Shown here in pieces: positions 53,409 to 64,000 of a stretch of 64,000 nt of DNA. Position 1 is the stretch's first letter. Every line of letters begins with the position of its first letter. This DNA comes from Balanoglossus misakiensis (Eukaryota > Animalia > Hemichordata). A program made the position numbers and the translations under genes. Location: positions 2,718,783-2,782,782 of the forward strand of contig CM082580.2 in NCBI GenBank assembly GCA_040954595.2. The letters run 5' to 3'. The notes beneath the pieces are model-generated. The model saw only the letters and a program-made list of their open reading frames with translations, made no database searches and was not told the DNA's origin.

Positions 53409-55899
53409 GGTGACAATGCTAATTACAAGTCTGAGCGGGTGCTGCAAGAGATGCTGACAACAATGGCGGCTGATACTAGTGATTGTGTATACAGAGACAT
53501 CCAGGACCAGCCCAGTATTTAGTATCATGATGGATGAGACAACTGACATGGCAGTATTGAAACAGCTCATCTCATATGTGAAGTACATCAAATTTACTGG
53601 TGAAGCATGTGAGGTAAGGGCACTGATGACAATCCAAAATTTTCCATCTTATTTGATATTTATGTCATTTTTGTTATACATCATGTCAGTTTCAAATACA
53701 AAAATGTAGTAAACATTTGACAAGATAGTCTTTTTTACAGGTCAGGACTTCATTTGGTAATATTGAAGACCTGGTTGATGGTAAAGCTGACACGATTGTG
53801 AGAAGCACGGAACTGTTTTTTGAAGAGAAGTCTCTACCATTTGGAAGTTGTGTGGCATTGGGGTCAGACGGTGCCGCAGTCATGGTTGGAAAACGTGGTG
53901 GTGTAAGTAAATGAATAATTGTATTATAGTAAACTGAAACTCACATATTACATGGGGATAATGGCAATGTAAAAAGATCAAGTTGTGTATGCATTGCTCT
54001 GTTTGACAATGATTATTCTTTTTGCATTCTTGTAGGTTGCAGCCAAGTTGAAACAGAGAAATGAAAAGATTATCAACATCCAATATGCTCATCGTTTGGC
54101 CCTGGCCTCGGCTCAAGCTGTCAACAGTAGCCCATATTTGAAGAAGTTCAGCAGTATATTGCGGCAGCTATTCTACTTTTACCAGAATTCTCCGGTGAGA
54201 ATGGCTGGACTACAAGTGAGTATTTCAATATTTTTGTGTTTACTATCACTATGCATAGACAGTTGCAAACACGTGGCTAATAAAATGTGAGGTGATATCA
54301 TTTTTGTATTAATAATATATTCAACTATTTGTCCTACAGAAAATACTTGGTGATCCCCAGTTGAAGTTGAAGGAAGCGAAAGCTGTTAGATGGTTGTCCC
54401 TCCAGAGAGCAGTAGAGACGTTGAAGAGGTGTCTTCCTGCTGTCATCATCAGTTTAGAGAGAGAGGGTACAGAACGGCATGATGCAACAGCAGCAGGCCT
54501 GGCAACCGTCCTCAAACAGTACAACTTTGTCGCCACTCTCTACATGTTGTGTGATGTCCTGCCACATCTGACCAGATTGTCCTTATTGTTTCAGGTATTT
54601 TACATTCTTGCTCTGCCTTTTTGTAACTTACAATGCCTGGAGTGAATCATTGATGTTCATTTTCAATGTCATGTTATAGAACACTAATTCTGTAACTTTT
54701 GAAACTCTGACTGAGGAGTGCATTGCAATTATTTTTTAACTTTTTTTTTCTTTGCAGAAGCAGCATGTAGATCTTTCTCTTATAGACCCGGTTCTCCAAA
54801 GCACAATCACAAACATCAGGCAGATGATACATCATGAAGGAGACCACACCCAAAGCCTGGCAGCTGGACTGTGTGAAGAACTCAGTCAACATATATCACC
54901 ACCTTCTATGAAGCAGAAGCAAGATTTCAAATCACAGGTAATTTTAAAGTTATACAGTGTATCCAAAAACTTCATTTATCCATCCCTGTGTTTGCTTTAA
55001 TAGCTAAATAATTTTATTCCTTTTATTTCATTTCAGATATATTACAAGTACATTGAGGCAGTGACATCGAATCTGGAGGACAGATTTCCCGACGTAAGAC
55101 TTATAAGTAGTTTTACCCTCTTCAAGGCAAGTTCAATTACCAGAGACCACGAGGGCATAATTGAAGATGCTGATCAAAAAGAGAAGCTATAGAGGCAAGT
55201 CAAAAGTAGTAATCTAATTTTCAACAATATTGTATTCTATATTCAAAATTTACTTGTATGCACAGAGAAAGACAATGAGAATATCAGTGATTTCAAACCA
55301 TGTATATTGTATTGATTTTCAATACTTTTGTGTTAACTTTTTGAACACTTTTTCTTTTTTCATCCCAGGTTTTAAGCCAGTATTATGAGTTCGACTATGA
55401 GAAAGTTCTCTCAGAGTGGGATCTGCTGAGAAACGTCCTCCTGAAAAATTCAGACAAAGACTATGGCAGCATCTTGAGACTGGTGGTCAGCATACAGATA
55501 TTCTGACGTAATTCCAGTTCTCTCTATAATAAAGATGGCTGCCATAGCAATGGTACTTCCAGTGTCTACTGCAGGCAAGTTATCCACAGATTATTTATGA
55601 AACAGCCATGCTCCATCCAGCATTTACCAATATTTTAATTAAATTTCTTCTAAGCCTCAACCTGTCCCTTCCATTTATAACTTGTATTGACAGGTCTTGT
55701 TCTTTCTTCTTCCTTTTCAGATTGTTAGAGAGGCTTCTCGACACTGGGGAGGGTGAAAACTCAAGCACGCAACAGACTGTCTGAGAAGATTTTGAGGTGT
55801 CTGTTGTTTATCAAGATTGAAGGGCCACAAATACAGCATTACGATTGCAGCAAGGACAGGTGGGCCTCACAGAAGACCAGACGGATTAGTTTTGAGTAG
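53409..55899 (+). pseudogene. Intron-rich hAT transposase (ZNF862-like) pseudogene, copy 2, at least 8 exons
   Basis: Exons 53409-53613 (FSIMMDETTD), 53741-53902 (LGSDGAAVMVGKRGG), 54036-54215 (AHRLALA), 54340-54594 (VRWLS), 54758-54937, 55037-~55194 (NLEDRFP), 55369-55574 (LPVSTA), 55721-55899 (DC*RGFS...KTQARNRL, hAT dimerisation domain). Frameshifts are present and the catalytic E codon is TAG. Confidence 0.88.
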
Positions 55900-56605
55900 A
55901 TTAGAGTAGACTGGGCCTCCAGTAAACATTTTAAAAATAGCCTTAAGTTAGTTAATACATAAAATCTGGAATATTTTCTCTCTTTTTTTTTGTTATTTTG
56001 TGTAATAAATTTAAAATGGGATATTGCAATGTCAATTTTGGTACTTTTTGTTGGAATAATTTTATTGTAATAAACATAAAACATGAAAAACTGTAAAATG
56101 GCTCTTGTCATTAATTTACCCAGATAAACATTTGCTCCATTATTATATCCGCCGATACTATTAATTTATTATTGTATGACACGACGTCTTTCAACATATA
56201 ACTGTCGTGGCATTATGCCGCATAAAGTTATCAGTAGACTCTATTAAGTCTCTCTGTAACGATCATGATGTTATACTTGTTCAAGAACACTGGCTGACGG
56301 AAGCGGAACTACCTCTTCGATCGAGTATTCACAAAGACTTTAACGCATGTGGTATTTCTGCCATTCAAGATAACTGTGGATTCGCATCGGGCGTCCATTT
56401 GGTGGAGTTGCAATCATGTGGCGTAAATCCTAAGACCTTGGGTAAAACTTTTCAATAAAATATTTAGATGATACGAGACTTTTACGTGCTGATATAGTTA
56501 CATCCTCTGGAAAACTTTTTATTTTATGTGCGTATCTTCCGACCTGTTCTGGAGAAAACTATGATATTTACATGAATTATTTGGCAAAAATTATTAGCAT
56601 TATTA

Positions 56606-58487
56606 GGCCAAAGTAAGTAAATTCTTTGTTTTGCGTCCACTCAAAATTCTAAAAGGTACGAGGGTAAGCGGTCAAAAAACACACACACAAAAAATAACAC
56701 AAAATTAGTTTGCCTTTATTTCAGAGTTTTTCTCGTGCAATATGCACATTTATGTAGTAGTGTGACACACTACTACAATATGATCAAAATACAATGTCAT
56801 TTGTAGCCTTTAATCTGTCATTTGCTTTTCTTTTACGAGTTTTAGATTTCTTATTTGTGTGCTGAATGTGGCCACTGTCTCTACAAGTTCTGCAGACTGG
56901 CTGGATAGACTGGTACTGTTCCCTCATATCCGGTGTAATAGGGATGAGATGATTCCTGACCCACAAACATATCAAACATCAGGACTATTCAATCTGGCAC
57001 TGTAGTAATGTGGAGAAACTTCCATCTGCCAAGTTTGGTTGATCACGATGAAACATTTCTGTGAAGAAATGTTTTTGAAAATTCTGTAAACAAAATACGA
57101 AAACATGCTTGAGTATAGTGATAACATCTCACTACAAAGTATGATGCATATGCAAACCCATGAGATGATAATTTTCAATCTTAAAATATGACTGTATTGC
57201 AATAAACACAAATGTTCTACATTCACTGAACTTCACAGTCCCACCACCTATTTTTACTGATCTACCACCATAGAATTTTCTTTTGCTTACCCCCCCCCCC
57301 CCCTTTAAATGCTCCCTTTCTCTAGTACCATTTCACTGACAGAACGATTTGTAATGCTCGCCATCATCTGTTGGACCTAGATCTAAAAATCACAAATGAA
57401 ATGAATTTTAAATATCAAATATTTGAAAATAAAATGTGACAAATATAACTGTTTCACACTTTATGAATATATTTAAAAACTGTCCAGGAAAACATCTAAC
57501 AAAATCAAAAAAACATGTGACTGGATTTAAAAGACAGAAATCAAACCACAGGGGGCTCTCCCTCCGCGATTTTGTTTGTTTGTTTGTTGTTGTTATTGAT
57601 TGGCATAATAAATAAATATGGTCACGTTTGTCTGTTGACATGTTAGGTATAATATTCAACGGTCAGGGTTAGGGTCACGGTGTATTCAACGGTCAGGTGG
57701 GAGTGCCATGGATCGAAAAAATGCCAACACTTACTCTAACCGTTGAATATATGTACACCCTAACCCTGACCGTTGAATACTAGTATACCTTACATGTCAA
57801 CAAACAAACGTGACCATATTTATTTATTATGCCAATCAATAACAACAAACAAAATCGCGGAGGGAGAGCCCCCTGTGATCAAACAGCAACAAAGATTATT
57901 GTGTTCTGGCTTGACTATAAAAGTTTTCTCTACTAAGATAAATTAGTTACCTGGGTATGGGGCCGCACAAAAGGTGAAAAACATCCTTTGGTAGACGAGG
58001 TGGTGACGATCGGCGACTGAAACACTGTCTGGCCGGCTTTATGGTACATTCACCATGGCTTCCAGTAGCCGTGCAAAGTTTTGCGCGTCGGTCACTTCCA
58101 TCCTGAACTAGTCAAGGATAGTTTTATCTTTTTCCGTAACCTTTAGGACGACTTATTCGTTGGCTTCATTCATGTTAAATCACGGGGATCCCTGGCTTTC
58201 CCAGCAGACAGAGGAGATGCGCGGCGACAGGACGCGTGCAGGCAGCGTGTGTTGACAGACTTCAACTACGAGCATGCGCAGTTGCTGTAGGGCGTACCGT
58301 TTTACGTCACACCATGATTAGAATAGGACTGCCGTAAAGTGGCATTTGTCGAAATGTCATTTTTTTCTGACAAAATACCGCCGTGGATTGGAAATTTATG
58401 CAAATGAGTTTTGTGTTATTTTTCTCAAAAAAGCCCGAAAACCTACGCGCGCGCGGACGCAAAACAAAGAATTTACTTACTTTGGCC
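56606..58487 (-). mobile_element. GG..CC / TTA-TSD DNA transposon (Zator- or Harbinger-like) inserted in the LINE endonuclease
   Basis: Perfect 33-bp TIR GGCCAAAGTAAGTAAATTCTTTGTTTTGCGTCC and TSD TTA. Removing it restores IISII-NDIDTTNVIILGDFN. Minus-strand remnant MEVSPHYYSA...EQYQSIQPVCRTCRDSG. Confidence 0.85.
57547..57877. mobile_element. Fold-back MITE, CACAG..CTGTG, 7-bp TSD (P-element-like), nested in the previous element
   Basis: CACAGGGGGCTCTCCCTCCGCGATTTTG ... CAAAATCGCGGAGGGAGAGCCCCCTGTG. TSD atcaaac on both sides. Confidence 0.85.
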
Positions 58488-59612
58488 TTAATGATATTGA
58501 CACAACGAATGTTATAATTCTTGGCGATTTTAACGCTAACTTTGGTACAATATTTGCTAGGGAGCTTGGTAATGGAAATAATTTGTACATGTATATCTCC
58601 GATGTTGAAAAGCTTGGTAGATGCAATGATAATTTTACATTCGTTAGTGATGCACATGGTAATACCGGTTGGTTGGATCATATTTTGAGCACCCTTGCAG
58701 TACATAATGCTATTTCTAGTATTGGTATTTTGTATAATTATATGTCCTCCGACCATTTTCCTCTTTTTGTAAATATTGATATTGTTGGGTTAGTTCATAC
58801 TGAACCGATTCCACAAAATGTGACCAATTCTCATGTGAAGCCTAACTGGAGTAAAGTAACACCCATGAACTTGTCTGCCTATGAACATATGACGGAGTAC
58901 TTACTCTGTAGACTGGATATTCCAAATGTTGCTCTTGTATGTCGAGATCCTAACTGTAAGAACATTGATCACATTAGCACTCTGAATTCTTTGTATTCGA
59001 ATATTGTTACTTGTCTTATTCAGCTGCGTTGAACTGTATTCCTGCTTCGAAGGCAGAGGGGTTGGGTTTTAAAACTGTTCCAGGTTGGAATGAACATGTA
59101 CGTGATTTTCACAATGCCGCTCGTGACGCATTTAAATTATGGGCTGCTAATGGCAGGCCTAGGTTTGGCCCGCTCTTTGATCTCATGCGCAGAACTCGTG
59201 CACATACCACTCGTGGTTGTTTATCTTCGCTTCCGACCAGTGTAGGTGGCTGCACCGGTCATGAAAATGTTGCCGATATGTGGAAACAACATTATGAAAG
59301 TTTGTTGAATTCTGTTTCGAACTGTCGTGATAGAGCATTTGTATTGTCATCATTAAATGAAACTGGTTCCCACAATGCCATGGTTGTTACTGCGATGGAA
59401 CTAAAAGGGTGTATTAATAAGCTAGAGAAGGGAAAGGCATTGGGCTATGATGGTATCGGTGCCGAACAACTTATGTATGCAAGTCCAATCCTTTGCGTTA
59501 TGTTGAGTTTATGTTTTACTAGTTTTTTTACACATGGTTATTTAATGCACGCCATTATTTGTCGCATTGATTCAATTTTAGATACAAGCAATTTACAGTT
59601 TGGTTTCAAAAG

Positions 59613-60070
59613 TAATCAGGTAGGGACACCATAACACACATTCCTACCAAATTTCAGCTCCATCGTACATATAGTTAGGGAGAAGAAGATTTTTTACACA
59701 AATTCTATTTTTAGATCTAATTTGCATATGTATGACCCCATCACATCCAAATTAAGAAAATCAGGTAGGGGCACCATAACACACATTCTTACCAAATTTC
59801 AGCTCCATCGTACATGTAGTTATGGAGAAGAAGATTTTTGACCAAAAATTCTGTTTTTAGATCTAATTTGCATATTCATGACCCCATCAAATCCAAATTA
59901 ACAAAATCAGGTGAGGGCACCATAACACACATTCCAACCAAATTTCAGCTAAATATGCTAAGTTATTTTAAAGAAGATTGAAATACCAAAATTTGACGGA
60001 CGCCGGACGACGGACGGACACTTATCAACCTACTGCTACAGCTCGGCTGACACAAGTGACAGCAGAGCTA
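59613..60070. mobile_element. Helentron/HINE-like element end: ~146-bp tandem units + (GGAC)n + terminal hairpin
   Basis: aatcaggtaggg.caccataacacacattc x3, then ggacgccggacgacggacggac, then hairpin agctcggctgacacaagtgacagcagagct followed by an A-rich run. Confidence 0.65.
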
Positions 60071-62109
60071 ATAAATAAAATGATGGAAATTGCTTGTTAT
60101 GTAAATTTATGCAAATTAGTCAATATCCTATGGGTTTTTTCCTGGGGAGAATATAATGAAATCGAGTGCAAAAGACTTAACTGGGATGGGAAAATTTCTT
60201 TGATGGAAAAATATTTACATTCTTGGAGCCGTAGGCTCCAAGTATGTAAATATTAGGATTTGCCATAACAAAAGCTTTGGCAATGTCAAAAATTATGTAT
60301 CTGTCCTCTGTACATGTAATTGGCATGCCAAATGACATATGTAAAAGGTTCAGGAGTTGATTGACAACTTTGTAAAATGTAAGAGAATTTTGTCAAACAA
60401 AGTACTTGAAAAAGAGCATTGCAAGGGTGGTGTTAAACACAGGTGCAAGCTATTGCTTGACTATACAGATGCCACATGTACTGTAATACCACATACATAT
60501 TTCCAGCTAGATAAAACCACCAGCTTAATATTACATCAGTATGTTATTTGGAGTAAGGTTCCACATCACGTTAAATGTCTTCTACCACAGTTTTATGTAA
60601 TTTTTAAACGTTCTAAATGCATGGTACAGCATAAATCGCTTGAAGTTGAAATGAAAACTTGTGGTGTATATACAAATTGCGTCATGACATAAACATAAAT
60701 AATTACTCACCGAAACATTCATGTCGACCAACGGCAGTCCATGCACACTGTGTACCATCTTCAGAGCAGACTCCACCGGGAAATTTGGATCCAAACGCGT
60801 ACACAAATCATAATACTCTCAATGTGCCTCGAATATTCTCGTCAGATTGATACCTGCGTCATACCTCATATGACGTCATCGTGTAACATTCCATTACGTT
60901 GGACAACTTTTCACTCGCAGCCTGCGATTAAACTACGCTAGAAACTTCTACTATCTATGATTAAACTTGCACCCGGACCTCTGGCGAATACTAAAACTAG
61001 TATTTGACGAATAATATTTCCATTCTGAGGGCTCCGCGCTCCATTCAAATCAGGCAATGGAAGTTCACTTCAAAATCATCGCCATGATATGACGTAGGCT
61101 TGACGTAGGCTTGACGTAGGCCTGCCACAACCATACATCGCCCTCAACGCCAGGTGAAAATAACAGTTTTGATTTGTTTCCTCATAGCCCCGAGTCGATT
61201 TTGGACAGCGTAATCTTGACAACAAATGAATTCCTTCGAGATGCATTTTCCTACATTTGAGCATCATTTAAATATTTGGTAAAACTGAACTCTATCGCAT
61301 ACGAGAGAAAGAAAGCATCAAAACTTTCTATTCTTGAGGGCGCAAATTAGTGTGCAGAGAGGGCGCAATTATCTATTTTGCATAGCAAAACTTTTTCTCC
61401 AAGCGATAGAATGTTTGGTAATGAGTGTCTAACAAGTCCATTCCATTTTTTAAAAATGGCACTGATTTCAAAAAAGGGAATCTTATTGACCCGGCTAAAG
61501 ACAAAATTACCATTTTGACCACTTTGTGTCCCAAAAAGGGTCATTTTTTTAGGAAACACTAAAAGCAAACTGTTCTTCACATTCGGAGATCGGATGATGT
61601 ATGATATGCCGATTCTACGTAAAAAATGATTCCAGAAAAGGCAGTCTTATTGATCTCATTCAAGACAAAATTACCCTTTGGCCACTTTCCCCCAAAAGTG
61701 TAATTTTTGTTTTCTCGCTGCACTAGTGAAAGTACTGCTGCAGAATACACTACATCACAAATGAAAATAGCACAGCACAGATTGCATGCAGAGGTCATGG
61801 AGTTCTGTCATGGAAGTTCTTAAGTATTGCAGTGAATGGAGGGACATACACAGGTAATATACAGGAGCTAAACAACTGCTACATAATCACTTTCATCAGT
61901 AAATTGAAATTTTATTCCGTATAAATTCATATATACAAAGGACACCCTTGAAAAAATCATCTTCGGGAAGATAATACAAAGAATCATTGCAACACAAAGA
62001 AATTCTACGAGATGTTTAAACAAAATAAGTTTCTTCTTCCATCCACTTCAGAAACTGTAACTCAGGAGAAACTATAGGGCATGTGGCAAAGCCAGAAAAT
62101 TTAGGAAAA

Positions 62110-62414
62110 CCTTTCAAGATTTCTACCACTTAAAAACAAAAACAAACAATTGCACTATCTTGTTGATTGATGTTCTTCCTCAAAACAGAAACAAGATACT
62201 AAACCATTTCTTATTAAAAGTAGCAAAATACCATTTATATGCAATTCGTTTTCTAAATGAGAAGCCGTCTCTTGTTATTTTCATTCAAAAAGTTAAAAGT
62301 GGTGTAACGTCAAAAAAAAGTTACCGCAAGAAGAATGGAAAAATCGAACATTTTCATGGTAAATGGAAAGTAATCCTGCCACATATTAAATGCCTTCTTA
62401 ATTCTCACTTGTGA
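62110..62414 (+). mobile_element. L1/Tx1-type LINE 3' fragment
   Basis: ILNHFLLKVAKYHLYAIRF...F...KVK...KIEHFHGKW resembles the ORF2 C-terminus. Confidence 0.55.
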
Positions 62415-64000
62415 ATTGATGACTGTTATATTTCTCGTTTTGTTTTGTTCTGCTCTGAGTCCTTTACAATGAGTCTAACCATATGAAGTGGAGGTTTTGG
62501 CCATCGACTACTGGTCTTTCATTATATTTTGGAGGGTTAATTTTTAACCTTTGGTGGCGCTCTTTACAATTATGCTGTACATATAGTTATTCATCAGTTA
62601 TCACAGATCTATACTAAACTAGATCAAACTAAGAAATTAAGACAATACACAATAAATGTGGTAGCATGTGGTGGTTGTTGTATTCCCCCCCCCCACCACT
62701 TTTATTTCATGATCCCCCCTTACAAAAGCATTATTACATACAAAAGATCTACAATGGAAATATAAGCTAGAAGTACAGTATCTATGAAAAATTCAAGAAT
62801 TAATACGCTTACTTCAGGACATTAGATTTACATTCGACATCAAACTTCATTATCAAGAAGAAGAAAAGCACTGCTAAATACAAAAAGAATCTATCAATGA
62901 ATTATAAACTTATATACAACATCTATGAAAAAGTCAATAATCAATAAGCTTACTTGAGGAAATTAGATAAACATTCGACATCAAACTTTATCCTTACAGA
63001 AAAAAAATTGCTGTTGTAGTCCACTGTGTACCATCTAACCACTAATTTCATCCCAGGATTTATACTTACAATTTTTGCACAAAATCTGAACAAATCAGCA
63101 ATTTTTCACAAATTGTGTTGACAAATAGCTCAAACGACACAAATGAAAGACTAACATATACACACAACAGCTCCAAGGTGTCAACAAAAGTGCTCAATTT
63201 TCTAAGTAGCTGGATGTGCCCATGAGGTTTCATATTAAACACCACAAATATCCAAATAAGCGATATATTATGTTTAAACCCAAATATTACAAATTAATAT
63301 GACATAACCAATTTGGCAATATACTGACCAAAAACTGCAAAGTTTATCTTTATACACTTTACTAATAAGTGAGAACGGTATAGCTATGACGTTTCGTAAT
63401 ATTTGCTGGAGCTACTCTGGAATTCTACCACTACAAACTATTTATACTATGAACATTGGCAATGCTAAATGTATTACAGTAGAGTTAGTTCTCTGAAAAG
63501 CAATGTCTGTATCAAATTTCAGCAAATTCATTACAACATGTATATGTCACCAGTTAAATGAGCCGCCTAGTGGCCAATACTTTTCTGCTGTGATACACTG
63601 CATTATAAACAAGGTAACTGCTTCAGAATTAAATGGTGCACTTCTCTTGTGACTTGGAAAAACTACAGCAGAAATAAAATGGCAAATTTGCGATGCCATA
63701 CAAATATAGTAATGCAAAATTCGTCACTTTATCAACAAATTAGACTTAGCTCCCTCAAAGTACAACTAGACATTTGCATTTTTGACGATGACGTTGGATG
63801 ATTTTTTCCCAAAAAATTATACAATTTTACAGATTGTCATGATATGAACAAAGGTCACTAAGATTACCCCTGTAGGCCTACATACCAAATTTCAAGGCAA
63901 TAAGTGGATTCTGAGAAGAGCTTTAAAAAAAAAGACAATTGCCCACAAATTACTATAGCAGAGAGGGGTCTTATGGGAGTGCCATACCTCTGACCATTAG

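Larger units (their letters stand above)
56176..59612 (+). mobile_element. RTE-X-like LINE (APE endonuclease + start of RT), decayed and interrupted
   Basis: STYNCRG, ILVQEHWL, LCAYLP, IILGDFNA, WLDHIL, SDHFPL (endonuclease). PGWNEHVRDFHNAARDAFKLW..GRPRFG, GKALGYDGI, LQFGFK (RT start). Confidence 0.85.

Noticed and set aside
53409-55899. Functional ZNF862-like host gene
   Set aside because: Frameshifts, in-frame stops and loss of the catalytic E.
60357-61267. Short Cys/His-containing ORFs, possible GIY-YIG or transposon gene
   Set aside because: No recognisable motif and interrupted by stops, so a call cannot be supported.

Overview
AT-rich, intron-containing animal genomic DNA. It looks like a marine invertebrate, possibly a deuterostome, but that is only an inference from the repeat families and gene style. 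Two host genes can be rebuilt by hand from splice sites and reading-frame phase. (1) + strand 4247-8896: a 10-exon, ~512-aa ORF with signal peptide, CUB domain and a polycystin-1-like/adhesion-GPCR-type GAIN domain with an intact GPS (HL|T). It stops 14 codons after the cleavage site and has no transmembrane region, so it appears to be a secreted 'GAIN-only' protein. This is the most unusual item in the window. (2) - strand 32975-17901: a 14-exon, ~503-aa nostrin orthologue (F-BAR, HR1-like coiled coil, SH3). The rest is densely transposon-derived: two decayed intron-rich hAT (ZNF862-like) transposase genes, a Kolobok-type transposase remnant, a pogo/Tigger element with a quadruplicated PCNA-binding motif, RTE-X, CR1/L2 and L1/Tx1-type LINE fragments, Helentron-like satellite-bearing elements, and many MITEs with readable TIRs and TSDs (TAG..CTA/9 bp, CACAG..CTGTG/7-8 bp, TTAA, TA, TWA). 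Several satellites and microsatellites are also present. All coordinates were counted by eye and may be off by a few bases. Family names come from recalled motifs, not database searches.
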